Source: Halarcobacter sp.
Lineage (GTDB): Bacteria > Campylobacterota > Campylobacteria > Campylobacterales > Arcobacteraceae
NCBI GenBank assembly: GCA_048571215.1
Contig: CP182352.1
Span: 3,072,001 to 3,136,000 of the forward strand
Direction of reading: 5' to 3'
Length of the DNA stretch: 64,000 nt
In this document: positions 10,257 through 20,488 of the stretch, in pieces
Numbering within the stretch: position 1 is the first letter of the stretch
How the letters are laid out: every line of letters starts with the position of its first letter
The notes under the pieces: model-generated
Database searches by the model: none
What the model was told of the DNA's origin: nothing
What the model saw: only the letters and a program-made list of their open reading frames with translations
Program-made: the position numbers and the translations under genes

Positions 10257-11179
10257 AAGACTCATTTGAAAACTACCCAAGGGATATGATAGGTTATGCA
10301 AATAACCCAATAAATCCAAAATGGCCAAATAATGCAAAAGTAGCTTTACAATTTGTTTTAAACTACGAAGAGGGAGCAGAAAACTGCATCTTACATGGGG
10401 ATGAAGCAAGTGAAATATTTTTATCAGAGATGAATAATCCCCAAGCTTTTTATAATCAAAGACACAAATCTATGGAATCATTGTATGAATATGGTTCTAG
10501 AGTTGGGGTTTGGAGAATCTTGGAACTTTTCAAAGATTTTGATATCCCTCTTACAATCTTTGCTGTTGCTATGGCTTTGCAAAGAAATCCTAAACTTGCT
10601 GAATACCTTGCCCTTAACAATTATGATATATGCTCCCATGGATATAGATGGATAAACTACCAAACAATTGAAGAATCTATTGAAAGGGATCACCTTTATA
10701 AAAGTATTGAAGTATTAGAGAAAATGATTGGAACTAGACCACTTGGTTGGTATACAGGACGGGATAGTGAAAATACAAGAAAACTAGTAGTTCAAGAGGG
10801 TGGTTTCTTATATGATAGTGATGCATATAATGATGATTTACCATATTTTGCACCAGAAATTACAACAAAAGAACATCTTGTAATTCCATATACAATGGAT
10901 AATAATGATATGAGATTTGTTTTTGGAGGATTTTCTTATAGTGACCAGTTTTACAACTACCTAAAAGATAGTTTTGATACTTTATACCTTGAAGGAAGTA
11001 AAACTCCTAAAATGATGTCTATAGGGATGCATTGTAGAATTTTAGGGAAACCTGGAAGAATCATGGCTATGAGAAGATTTTTAGAGTATGTAAAAGGTTT
11101 TGATGATGTTTGGTTTGCAACAAGAGGTGATATTGCAAACCATTGGATAGATAATTTTAGTAATAAGGGAACAAAATGA
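10253..11179 (+). CDS. puuE: Metal-independent allantoinase PuuE
   Basis: YPRDMIGY, FVLNYEEGAE, SLYEYGSRVG, HGYRW, GWYTGR, PYT.D.NDMRF, GMHCR. Confidence 0.93.
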   Translation: MKDSFENYPRDMIGYANNPINPKWPNNAKVALQFVLNYEEGAENCILHGDEASEIFLSEMNNPQAFYNQRHKSMESLYEYGSRVGVWRILELFKDFDIPLTIFAVAMALQRNPKLAEYLALNNYDICSHGYRWINYQTIEESIERDHLYKSIEVLEKMIGTRPLGWYTGRDSENTRKLVVQEGGFLYDSDAYNDDLPYFAPEITTKEHLVIPYTMDNNDMRFVFGGFSYSDQFYNYLKDSFDTLYLEGSKTPKMMSIGMHCRILGKPGRIMAMRRFLEYVKGFDDVWFATRGDIANHWIDNFSNKGTK

Positions 11180-12162
11180 TAAATGTTGCAAGTTGTGAAT
11201 TAGGTGCAGAAGTAATATACACAACAGATGAATTCTTTGCAAAGGCAAATAGAATTCTACAAGAAACAGAAGCTGTATTTAAAGATGAGTTTGATGATAA
11301 CGGACATTGGATGGATGGCTGGGAGACTAGAAGAAGAAGAGAGCCTGGAAATGATCATTGTATTATCAAACTGGGGAACCTATCAAAAATCAACTCATTT
11401 TTAGTTGACACCTCACACTTTAGAGGGAACTATCCTTTAGCAATCTCAATCAAAGGATGTTGTGTAAGAAATAAAGATGATAAAACATTTTTAGATGATA
11501 TCAATAGTGTTGAATGGATTGAACTTTTAACTCAAAGTGATTTAAAAGGGGATACAAAACACAATTTTAATTCCCTTTCTCAAACTGAATTAACTCATTT
11601 AAGAGTAGATATTTACCCAGATGGAGGAATAGCAAGATTTAAAGCCTTCGGTGAAATCTGTTTTGATGAAAAACTATATGAACAAGAAAATATCAATGTA
11701 CTCTCTATGAGAAATGGAGCAAGGGCAGTTTATACAAACAATGAGTTTTTTGGGTCTTTAAGAAATATATTAAAAGATGAAGAAGCTATTAATATGGGTG
11801 ATGGTTGGGAGACTAGAAGAAGAAGAAAACCAGGTTTTGATTGGGGTATCATAGAATTGCCTAAACCTGCAATTATTGAAAAAATAGTAGTTGATACAAA
11901 ATTTTTTAAAGGTAATTATGCAGACTCATTTTCTATATGTTCATCTTATATGAAAGATTCAACTGATGATTCTATAATAACCCAAAGTATGTTTTGGGAA
12001 GAGTTAATCTCACAACAAAAACTGGATATGGATAAAAAGCATTATTTTGAAAAAGATATTTTAAAACACAATAAATCAATAACTCATATTAGAATTAATA
12101 TCTTCCCTGATGGTGGATTATCAAGATTGAAACTATTTGGTAAGTTTATAAAAGAAGCTTAA
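11176..12162 (+). CDS. alc: Allantoicase
   Basis: Two repeats of DGWETRRRR and (Y/F)PDGG..R. Confidence 0.95.
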   Translation: MINVASCELGAEVIYTTDEFFAKANRILQETEAVFKDEFDDNGHWMDGWETRRRREPGNDHCIIKLGNLSKINSFLVDTSHFRGNYPLAISIKGCCVRNKDDKTFLDDINSVEWIELLTQSDLKGDTKHNFNSLSQTELTHLRVDIYPDGGIARFKAFGEICFDEKLYEQENINVLSMRNGARAVYTNNEFFGSLRNILKDEEAINMGDGWETRRRRKPGFDWGIIELPKPAIIEKIVVDTKFFKGNYADSFSICSSYMKDSTDDSIITQSMFWEELISQQKLDMDKKHYFEKDILKHNKSITHIRINIFPDGGLSRLKLFGKFIKEA

Positions 12163-12171
12163 AGAGTTTTT

Positions 12172-12690
12172 ATGGAACTAAATTTAAAACCAAAACCATT
12201 AAATACAAAAGAGTTTAAAAAATTTGGAAAAATAATTAGCATAGAGAATAATCAATCAAAAACTATAAATAATGGCTATGCAAAAAAGTATTATGAATTA
12301 ACAACTATAGATTCAAATGAAAAAAATGGACAAACTGCATTACATATCTATCTTGCAAAAAAAAGAGAATTTCCTTTAGAAATAGATATGTTAGAGAAAC
12401 ACCCATATTTTTCACAAACCTTTATCCCAAGGGGTACAAATCCTTTTCTTTTGGTAGTCGCACTAGGAGAGAATCAACCAGATTTATCCACAATCGAAGC
12501 CTTTGTAACAAATGGAAATGAAGGAGTTCACTACAATAGGGGAGTTTGGCATTTCCCACTAATAAGTATAGAAGATAATGAACAATTTATAGTTATAGAT
12601 AGAACAGATAATCATATAAAAGAGAATTCAATAGAGGAGTGTATTGAGTTTTCTATAAAAAATAAAAAAATCAATTTACAAAAGGTATAA
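12172..12690 (+). CDS. allA: Ureidoglycolate lyase
   Basis: INNG, LEKHP..SQTFIP, GVHY..GVWH.PL, F.VIDR; position in the pathway. Confidence 0.9.
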   Translation: MELNLKPKPLNTKEFKKFGKIISIENNQSKTINNGYAKKYYELTTIDSNEKNGQTALHIYLAKKREFPLEIDMLEKHPYFSQTFIPRGTNPFLLVVALGENQPDLSTIEAFVTNGNEGVHYNRGVWHFPLISIEDNEQFIVIDRTDNHIKENSIEECIEFSIKNKKINLQKV

Positions 12691-12691
12691 A

Positions 12692-14848
12692 ATGTATAAA
12701 ATAGTAGGCAAGTTACAAGTAGAAGAATCTCTTTATGAATTAATCAATGAAGAGATTTTACCAATAACAACAATCTCTAAAGAGCTTTTTTGGAAAAACT
12801 TTGAAAATATTATTGAGGAATTGACACCTGAAAATAAAGCCTTATTAAAAAAAAGAGATGCTTTTCAAACACTAATTGATTCATGGCATATAAATAATAA
12901 ATATGATGAAAATAGTTTTAGTGAATATAAAAACTTTTTAAAGCAGATTGCTTATTTAGTTGAGGAAAAAAAGGATTTCAAAGTTGAAACTTCAAATGTA
13001 GATGAAGAGATAAAACTTCAAGCGGGACCACAACTTGTGGTACCTGTAAAAAATGCTAGATTTGCTTTAAATGCTGCAAATGCTAGATGGGGAAGTTTAT
13101 ACGATGCTTTATATGGAACAAATGTAATCCCTACAAATGGTGAATTAGCTATCACAAAAGAGTACAATAAAAAAAGAGGGGAAGCAGTTGTAAACTATGC
13201 AAAAGAGCATTTAGATACAGTTGCTCCTTTAAAAGAGGGAAGTCACAAAGATGCAAGATTTTATAAGATTGTAGATAACAAATTAGAAATTGTTCTTGAA
13301 AATATTACGACTACTTTAAAAGATGATTCAAAATTTGTTGCATACGAAGGGGAGAAAGAAAACCCTAGATCAATAGTTTTTAAAAACAACAACCTTCATG
13401 TAATAGTTGAGTTTGATAAAGATAGCTTTATTGGAAAACTTGATATTGCAGGGGTAAAAGATATAGTTGTAGAAGCTGCTGTTTCTACTATTATGGATTG
13501 TGAAGACTCTATTGCTGCAGTGGATGCCCAAGATAAAGTTGAAGTTTATAGAAACTGGTTCGGTCTTATGAAAGGTGACTTAGAAGATAGCTTTGAAAAG
13601 GGTGGAAAAACAGTTACTAGAAAACTAAATAGTGATAAAAAATATAAAACTTTGGATAACAAAGAGTTAACTTTGCATGGAAGAAGTCTTTTATTTATAA
13701 GAAATGTTGGTCACCTTATGACAAATCCAGCTATTTTGGATAAAGATGGAAATGAAGTATTTGAAGGGATTATGGATTGTATGCTTACAACTTTAGCTGC
13801 AATTCCTGATTTAACTAATAAAAATGAGAAAAAAAATAGTAGAACAAAATCTATGTATATAGTAAAACCAAAAATGCACGGACCAGAGGAGGTTGCCTTT
13901 GCCGTTAAACTATTTGATAAAGTTGAAAAAGCTCTAAATCTTCCCAAAAACACTATAAAAATTGGTATTATGGATGAGGAGAGAAGAACAACTATAAACC
14001 TAAAAGAGTGTATTAGACAAGCTACTAAAAGAGTTGTATTCATCAACACAGGATTCTTAGATAGAACAGGTGATGAGATTCATACTTCAATGTTAGCTGG
14101 TGCCATGACACCAAAAACAAAGATGAAAAGTGAAACTTGGATAAAAGCTTATGAAACTTGGAATGTTGATATTGGTTTGGAGTGTGGACTTCAAGGTTTC
14201 TCTCAAATTGGAAAAGGGATGTGGGCTATGCCAGATGAGATGGCTAAAATGATGGATGAAAAAATATCCCACCCAAAATCAGGAGCAAATACTGCTTGGG
14301 TTCCCTCTCCTACAGCTGCAACTTTACACTCTATTCACTACCATAAAGTTGATGTATTTAGTATCCAAAATAAACTTAAAGGGAAAAGAAGAGCAAGTGT
14401 AGATGAGCTTTTAACTATTCCATTACTAAAAGAGACTTTATCAAAAGAGACAATCAAAAATGAGATTGATAACAACTGCCAAAGTATCTTAGGATATGTT
14501 GTAAGATGGATTGATGCAGGGATTGGATGTTCAAAAGTTCCAGATATAAATAATGTAGCACTAATGGAAGATAGGGCAACACTTAGAATCTCTTCTCAAC
14601 ATTTAGCAAACTGGATTGAGCATAAAATCACTTCAAAAGAGGAAGTGTTGGAATCTTTAAAACAGATGGCAAAAGTTGTTGATAAACAAAATGAAAATGA
14701 CTCAAGTTATATAAATATGGCACCTTCATATGATGGATATGCCTTTAAAGCAGCTTGTGCACTTATTTTTGAAGGCAAAGAGCAAGCATCAGGTTATACT
14801 GAACCTCTTTTACATAAATATAGAAGAGAATATAAAGAAAATATTTAA
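12692..14848 (+). CDS. glcB: Malate synthase G
   Basis: 718 aa. AGPQLVVP..NARFALNAANARWGSLYDALYG, KPKMHGP, MDEERRT, FINTGFLDRTGDE, LMEDRATLRISSQ. Confidence 0.95.
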   Translation: MYKIVGKLQVEESLYELINEEILPITTISKELFWKNFENIIEELTPENKALLKKRDAFQTLIDSWHINNKYDENSFSEYKNFLKQIAYLVEEKKDFKVETSNVDEEIKLQAGPQLVVPVKNARFALNAANARWGSLYDALYGTNVIPTNGELAITKEYNKKRGEAVVNYAKEHLDTVAPLKEGSHKDARFYKIVDNKLEIVLENITTTLKDDSKFVAYEGEKENPRSIVFKNNNLHVIVEFDKDSFIGKLDIAGVKDIVVEAAVSTIMDCEDSIAAVDAQDKVEVYRNWFGLMKGDLEDSFEKGGKTVTRKLNSDKKYKTLDNKELTLHGRSLLFIRNVGHLMTNPAILDKDGNEVFEGIMDCMLTTLAAIPDLTNKNEKKNSRTKSMYIVKPKMHGPEEVAFAVKLFDKVEKALNLPKNTIKIGIMDEERRTTINLKECIRQATKRVVFINTGFLDRTGDEIHTSMLAGAMTPKTKMKSETWIKAYETWNVDIGLECGLQGFSQIGKGMWAMPDEMAKMMDEKISHPKSGANTAWVPSPTAATLHSIHYHKVDVFSIQNKLKGKRRASVDELLTIPLLKETLSKETIKNEIDNNCQSILGYVVRWIDAGIGCSKVPDINNVALMEDRATLRISSQHLANWIEHKITSKEEVLESLKQMAKVVDKQNENDSSYINMAPSYDGYAFKAACALIFEGKEQASGYTEPLLHKYRREYKENI

Positions 14849-14864
14849 ATAATCAGTGAATACT

Positions 14865-14874
14865 TTGTATACAA
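14865..14874. promoter_or_regulatory. Perfect GntR-type palindrome upstream of urease
   Basis: TTGTATACAA, matching the boxes at 9318-9545. Confidence 0.55.
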
Positions 14875-14935
14875 TTGATAAAATTATTAAACTAGAAATT
14901 TTAGATAAACTATAAATAAAAAAAGGAGGCATTTA

Positions 14936-15619
14936 ATGTTCTTAACCAATCGTGAACAAGAGAAGTTAATGATATATACTGCATCTAAACTTGCTTGGGA
15001 AAGAAAAGAAAGAGGATTGAAACTTAACTATCCTGAAGCTGTTGCAATTATCAGCTCTTTTATCCTTGAAGGTGCAAGAGATGGTAATAGTGTTGCCCAA
15101 CTCATGGTTGATGCCACAAAAGTATTAGGTGAAGATGATGTTATGCCTGGAGTTGCTTCTATGATGCATATGGTGCAAACAGAAGCTACTTTCGATGATG
15201 GAACTAAACTTGTAACAGTTCATAATCCTATACCTGTAAAACAATCAAAAATAACTCCAGGTGAATATTTCATAGATGAGGGTGAAATTGAGTTAAATAA
15301 AGATAAAGAAGTAACTGAAATTGAAGTTGAAAATATTGGTGATAGACCTATTCAAGTTGGCTCACACTACCACTTCTTTGAGGTTAATGCCTTTTTAGAG
15401 TTTGACAGAAAAAAAGCTTATGGAAAAAGATTAAATATCCCAGCAGGAACCTCTGTTAGGTTTGAACCTGGTTCTTCAAAAACAATTAGTTTAGTTGAGT
15501 TTTCAGGGGAGCGATATATCAGTGGATTTAATGGTTTAGTTGAAGGATTCTTAGATAAGAAAAAAACTAAAGAGAAAGCAATGAAAAAGCTAGATAAATT
15601 TTTAGCAAATAGAAAATAA
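14936..15619 (+). CDS. ureA: Urease gamma/beta fused subunit (Helicobacter-type UreA)
   Basis: [18 protein letters not shown] (gamma); [22 protein letters not shown] (beta). Confidence 0.95.
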   Translation: MFLTNREQEKLMIYTASKLAWERKERGLKLNYPEAVAIISSFILEGARDGNSVAQLMVDATKVLGEDDVMPGVASMMHMVQTEATFDDGTKLVTVHNPIPVKQSKITPGEYFIDEGEIELNKDKEVTEIEVENIGDRPIQVGSHYHFFEVNAFLEFDRKKAYGKRLNIPAGTSVRFEPGSSKTISLVEFSGERYISGFNGLVEGFLDKKKTKEKAMKKLDKFLANRK

Positions 15620-15637
15620 CGCTTGTAAGGAATTATC

Positions 15638-17347
15638 ATGTATAAAATATCAAAAGAAAAATATGCATCAATGTATGGACCAACAACTAATGATAGATTT
15701 AGATTAGCAGATACAAGTTTAATTGCAAAAATTGAAAAAGATTTTACTATTTATGGGGAAGAATCTAAGTTTGGTGGGGGAAAAACTGTAAGAGATGGTA
15801 TGAGTCAATCACCAACAGCAGGCAAAGAGGTTGCTGATTTGATTATCACCAATGCCATAATTATCGATTATACAGGTATCGTAAAAGGCGATATTGGTAT
15901 CAAAGATGGGAAAATCTCTGCAATAGGAAAATCTGGGAACCCTAATAACTGTGATGGGATAACAGCTGGGCTTGAAATAGGAGCAAATACAGAAATCCTT
16001 TCAGCTGAAGGTAAAATTATTACAGCAGGTGGAATTGATTCACATATTCATTTTATAAGTCCTGGTCAAATAGACGAAGCTCTAACAAGTGGAGTAACCA
16101 CTATGATTGGTGGAGGAACAGGACCAAATACTGGAACAAATGCAACAACTTGTACTCCTGGGAAATGGAATATCACCAAGATGATTGAAGCAGTTGATGA
16201 TTTACCTTTAAATTTTGGATTTATGGGAAAAGGAAACAGCTCAAACTATGATGCCCTTAAAATTCAAATTGAAGGTGGAGCTATGGGGCTTAAACTTCAC
16301 GAAGATTGGGGAACTACACCAAAAGCTATTGATACTTGTCTAAAGGTTGCAGATGATTATGATGTGCAAGTTGCTATTCATACAGATACTTTAAATGAAT
16401 CTGGATTTGTAGATAGTACAGTTGATGCCTTTGGTGGAAGAACTATTCACACTTTCCATAGTGAAGGAGCAGGTGGTGGTCATGCACCTGATATTATGAA
16501 AGTTGCAGGTTTAAAAAATATTTTACCATCAAGTACAAATCCAACCTTGCCTTATACAAAAAATACAATAGAAGAACACCTTGATATGCTTATGGTTTGT
16601 CACCATTTAAGTCCAAAAATTCCAGAAGATGTAAGTTTTGCAGAGAGTAGAATTAGAGGAAAAACTATTGCTGCTGAAGATGTACTTCATGATATGGGTG
16701 CTATATCTATAACAAGTTCAGATTCACAAGCTATGGGTAGAGTTGGTGAAGTTATTATTAGAACTTGGCAAGTTGCTGATTCTATGAAAAAACAAAGAGG
16801 TGCCTTAGAAGGTGATGATGAACTTTGTGATAATGAAAGAATCAAAAGATATATAGCAAAATATACAATAAATCCTGCAATTGCTTGTGGAATTGATACC
16901 CATGTGGGAAGTGTAGAGGTGGGGAAAATGGCTGATTTAGTTCTTTGGACACCTGCATTTTTTGGAGTAAAACCAGAGATCATTATAAAAGGTGGATTTA
17001 TAGCACAAGCAATGATGGGTGATAGTAATGCCTCTATTCCAACACCTGAACCAAATATGTATAGACCAATGTTTGGAAGTCTTGGACGTGCAAGTGCCAA
17101 TACAAGTGCTATCTTTGTTTCACACAAGGCAATTGACAATGGGATTGAAGAAAAACTAAATGTAAATAAGGTATTTTTACCAGTAGAAAACACAAGAAAT
17201 ATTGGTAAAAAAGATATGAAATTAAATAACTTTATAGGAAATATTGAAATTGACCCAGAAACCTATGATGTAAAAGTAGATGGAAAATTAATAGAATCAA
17301 ATTATCAAACAAATCTACCTATGGCAAAAAGGTATTTCTTGTTTTAG
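15638..17347 (+). CDS. ureB: Urease large (alpha) subunit
   Basis: [36 protein letters not shown]. Confidence 0.97.
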   Translation: MYKISKEKYASMYGPTTNDRFRLADTSLIAKIEKDFTIYGEESKFGGGKTVRDGMSQSPTAGKEVADLIITNAIIIDYTGIVKGDIGIKDGKISAIGKSGNPNNCDGITAGLEIGANTEILSAEGKIITAGGIDSHIHFISPGQIDEALTSGVTTMIGGGTGPNTGTNATTCTPGKWNITKMIEAVDDLPLNFGFMGKGNSSNYDALKIQIEGGAMGLKLHEDWGTTPKAIDTCLKVADDYDVQVAIHTDTLNESGFVDSTVDAFGGRTIHTFHSEGAGGGHAPDIMKVAGLKNILPSSTNPTLPYTKNTIEEHLDMLMVCHHLSPKIPEDVSFAESRIRGKTIAAEDVLHDMGAISITSSDSQAMGRVGEVIIRTWQVADSMKKQRGALEGDDELCDNERIKRYIAKYTINPAIACGIDTHVGSVEVGKMADLVLWTPAFFGVKPEIIIKGGFIAQAMMGDSNASIPTPEPNMYRPMFGSLGRASANTSAIFVSHKAIDNGIEEKLNVNKVFLPVENTRNIGKKDMKLNNFIGNIEIDPETYDVKVDGKLIESNYQTNLPMAKRYFLF

Positions 17348-17398
17348 AAGACAAACTCATTTGTCCCTTTAAAATGGGACATTTTAAAGGAACTAAAG

Positions 17399-17833
17399 AT
17401 GATTAAAAAAGCAATAGAGATAAAAAGAGATATTAAAGCTGATGATGAAGTAAAACTTGATTGGTTTGATATGCAAAAACCAAATTTATGTGCTATTACA
17501 AATAAAGAGGTTGAGTTTATTGTAAAAGCAAAATATACACACCTTCATGAAGGGGATGTTTTAGTTTGTGAAGATGGTTATAGTATTAGTGTTCAAAAAA
17601 GTGAAGATGAGATTTATATTTTAAAATTCCAAGATCATATAACTTTTGCAAGAATTGCTTATGAGGTTGGTAACCGTCATCAGCCTGTTTGTATAGAAGA
17701 TTTTAAAATTACTGTTTTAAATGATATTTCACTGCAAGATATTATAAAAGCTTGCGAATCTATAGATAAGGTTGAAGTTACTAAAACAAAAGCAATCTTT
17801 AAACCAAATGGGAATGCACACCATTCACACTAA
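17399..17833 (+). CDS. ureE: Urease accessory protein UreE
   Basis: AYEVGNRH motif and short His tail (HHSH). Confidence 0.88.
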   Translation: MIKKAIEIKRDIKADDEVKLDWFDMQKPNLCAITNKEVEFIVKAKYTHLHEGDVLVCEDGYSISVQKSEDEIYILKFQDHITFARIAYEVGNRHQPVCIEDFKITVLNDISLQDIIKACESIDKVEVTKTKAIFKPNGNAHHSH

Positions 17834-18510
17834 TGAAAAATATTAAAGGTTTAAGTAGATTTTTACAGATTTTAGACTCAGTATTTCCCTCTGGGGCTTT
17901 TGTTCACTCATTTGGCTTAGAACCCCATATAGTTTTACAAAAGGTGAAAGATGAACAAAGTCTAAAAAATTATTTAGAAAATCTAATAATCGATCAATAT
18001 CAAAAAATGGAGTTTTGCGCTGTTGATAAAGTTTATAAATTTTTAGAAAGTAAAAACTTAGATTTTCTTATTAAAGAGGATGAAAAATACTCTTGCATGT
18101 TAAATTTTGAGTATGCAAAAGCTTCAAAAGATTTGGGTCAAAACTATTTAAAACAGTTAAACTTTGATATTAAAAATAGCTTGATAAAGGATTATTTTGA
18201 ACTTGTAAAACAAAATAAATCTTTTGGAAATGAGATTTTTATTTTAAGTGCATATGCCTATGACTTAGGCTTAGATAAGCAAACTTTTTTACTTTTATGG
18301 ACAAAAAAGAGTTTAATAAATATTGCAAGTAGTAGCTTGAAAATATCAAGAATCAAACCCTCAAGTATCCAAAAAATACTTTTTGAGTTTGATGAAAAGA
18401 TTGAGAAACTTATTAAAAGTGATAGAAAAAGACTTAGCAACTTTAACCCACTTTTTGAAGAAGTGATTTTAAGCCATTTAAATCTAGAACCAAAGATGTT
18501 TGTTACTTAA
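17833..18510 (+). CDS. ureF: Urease accessory protein UreF
   Basis: LQILDSVFPSGAFVHSFGLE and C-terminal H......MFVT. Confidence 0.88.
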   Translation: MKNIKGLSRFLQILDSVFPSGAFVHSFGLEPHIVLQKVKDEQSLKNYLENLIIDQYQKMEFCAVDKVYKFLESKNLDFLIKEDEKYSCMLNFEYAKASKDLGQNYLKQLNFDIKNSLIKDYFELVKQNKSFGNEIFILSAYAYDLGLDKQTFLLLWTKKSLINIASSSLKISRIKPSSIQKILFEFDEKIEKLIKSDRKRLSNFNPLFEEVILSHLNLEPKMFVT

Positions 18511-18563
18511 ATAAAAATTTTTATCAACTTAGATATATTTTATAGAATTTTAAAAGGAAAATA

Positions 18564-19151
18564 ATGAGTATTAAAATTGGAATAGCAGGTCCTGTTGGAA
18601 GTGGCAAGACTTCTATAATTGAAAGCTTAACAAATTTGTTAAAAGACAAATATAGTTTGGGGATTGTTACAAATGATATATATACTACAGAAGATGCAAA
18701 CTATTTAAAAAGTAAACTTGATATCAATAATGAACAAATTATTGGTGTAGAAACAGGTGGTTGCCCCCATACAGCTATTAGAGATGATATCTCTATGAAT
18801 CAAAAAGCAGTAGAAGAGCTTGAAGAAAAATTTAATCCTGATATTATATTTGTAGAGAGTGGTGGGGATAATCTAAGTGCTACTTTTTCTTATGAATTAA
18901 TAGATTATTATCTTTATGTTATTGATGTGGCACAAGGGGCAGATATACCTAGAAAAAAAGGTGCTGGCTTACTTTTTTGCGATTTATTAGTTGTAAATAA
19001 AATTGACCTTTGCCCATATGTAAATGTAAATTTGGATAATTATATTTTAGATGTAAAAAATAATAGAAAAAATAAACCTTCTGTGTTTATTTCCCATAAA
19101 AAACCAGAAACGATTGATAGCTTAATAGCTTGGATAGAGGCACTAAAATAG
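18564..19151 (+). CDS. ureG: Urease accessory GTPase UreG
   Basis: GPVGSGKT, ETGGCPH, ESGGDNL, NKID. Confidence 0.95.
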   Translation: MSIKIGIAGPVGSGKTSIIESLTNLLKDKYSLGIVTNDIYTTEDANYLKSKLDINNEQIIGVETGGCPHTAIRDDISMNQKAVEELEEKFNPDIIFVESGGDNLSATFSYELIDYYLYVIDVAQGADIPRKKGAGLLFCDLLVVNKIDLCPYVNVNLDNYILDVKNNRKNKPSVFISHKKPETIDSLIAWIEALK

Positions 19152-19619
19152 ATTTAAAGTGATTTTTTTTAAAATCATTTTTAAATTATCTCTTTCCTCT
19201 TTTGTTAAATTATTTAACATCTCTTCCCTTAAAGAGGCGATTTCATCCAAGCAAGATATAAGTAGCTCTTCCCCTTTTGGTTCAAGTTGCACTAGGGTAC
19301 TTCTTTTATCATCAGGGCTAGCAATCCTTGAAATATATTCTAATCCTTGAAGTTTTTTTAAAATCTTTGTCATACCTCCTGAGGAGAATACAATCCTATC
19401 ATAAAGTTCTGTTGGGGATAAAACCTTACCATTAAAATACAAAGCTGCTAAGACATCTAAATCAGAATGTATTAAATCATACTTTTCTTTTAATAACTGC
19501 TCATTTAAATTAAAAAGCTTTTTATGTATCAATGTTATTGGTAATGTGATATTAAATATCTCATATTTATCAATATTGCCTGCATTTTCAAAGAAATGTT
19601 CTATATGTTTTTTTTCCAT
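19143..19619 (-). CDS. MarR-family transcriptional regulator
   Basis: LSPTEL...FSSGGMTKILKKL and DKRS wing motif. Confidence 0.88.
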   Translation of the reverse strand: MEKKHIEHFFENAGNIDKYEIFNITLPITLIHKKLFNLNEQLLKEKYDLIHSDLDVLAALYFNGKVLSPTELYDRIVFSSGGMTKILKKLQGLEYISRIASPDDKRSTLVQLEPKGEELLISCLDEIASLREEMLNNLTKEERDNLKMILKKITLNLF

Positions 19620-19654
19620 AGGCGAATCTTAACACAAATTTAATAAAAAGAAAA

Positions 19655-19709
19655 TATCTTTCTTGCAAGATAGTTTTAAGTTCTTCTATGTTATCTTTCT
19701 TGCAAGATA
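19655..19709. promoter_or_regulatory. Two identical 18-bp MarR-type operators
   Basis: TATCTTTCTTGCAAGATA at 19655-19672 and 19692-19709, each TATCTT-N6-AAGATA. Confidence 0.75.
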
Positions 19710-19721
19710 AAAGGAATAAGA

Positions 19722-19924
19722 TTGAAAACTTTTCTTATAGTTATAACCTTAGATATTTTTCTTTGGAGTCAAAACCTAAATGAGTACAAAAGTGTTTAAT
19801 TTAGCTCTTGGTGCAAAATATACAATGACTAACAAAGAGACTCCAAGCTTTGTTTCAAAAAATCCTATTTTGAATATTGAATCTGCACAAAAAGCTGCAA
19901 AAACAACAAGAACAACTAAAGATA
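19722..19924 (+). pseudogene. Possible deleted remnant of a TolC-like outer membrane efflux gene
   Basis: RBS AAGGA plus TTG open a signal-peptide-like MKTFLIVITLDIFLWSQNLNE, then a stop. A shifted frame gives LALGAKYTMTNKETP and LNIESAQKAAKTT. It lies between marR and tetR. Confidence 0.4.
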
Positions 19925-20488
19925 ATGGCGAACATAATTAATAAAAGAATAAAACGGCGGTGCATAGCACTATCGTGCATAAATATTTTGACATCAAACT
20001 CTATAAAAGATTTGACTATATCTCAACTTGCAAAAGAGGCAAATATAGGCAAAGGAACTATCTATGAATACTTTTTAGATAAAGAGGATATAGTTTTAGA
20101 ACTAAGCCAAGCTTTATATGAAGAGTACAAACAAATAAGCTCTAAAAAAATCGCCTCTTTTCAAAATGCAAAAGATAAGATATATTGTAGTTTTACATCT
20201 TTATATGATGAAGAGTTTTTAAACCATAGAAAGATTTTAAATATTTTTATGGGTATTTGTCACTATAGGGTTGATGATTCCTACAAAAGATTTAAAAAAA
20301 GACTATATAAAGATCATTTATCTCTATTCTTATCTTTAATAAAATATGGAATTAAAAAAGAGAATCCAAAAAACTTATCAAAGATTTTATTGAATTCATA
20401 TACTGGATTTTTTATTATCTTTTTATTTTATAATGATTGTAAAAAAACAAAAAAAGAGATTAGAAAATTTTTAGAGTATGTGCTTTAA
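19925..20488 (+). CDS. TetR/AcrR-family regulator (start moved from 19877 to the ATG at 19925)
   Basis: LTISQLAKEANIGKGTIYEYF..KEDI HTH. MANIINK..KRR.IALSC is a plausible N-terminus. Confidence 0.82.
   Translation: MANIINKRIKRRCIALSCINILTSNSIKDLTISQLAKEANIGKGTIYEYFLDKEDIVLELSQALYEEYKQISSKKIASFQNAKDKIYCSFTSLYDEEFLNHRKILNIFMGICHYRVDDSYKRFKKRLYKDHLSLFLSLIKYGIKKENPKNLSKILLNSYTGFFIIFLFYNDCKKTKKEIRKFLEYVL

Noticed and set aside
16687..17193. 168-aa antisense ORF in the urease gene as a possible hidden ureD
   Set aside because: It lies wholly antisense to highly conserved urease sequence and has no UreD-like features.
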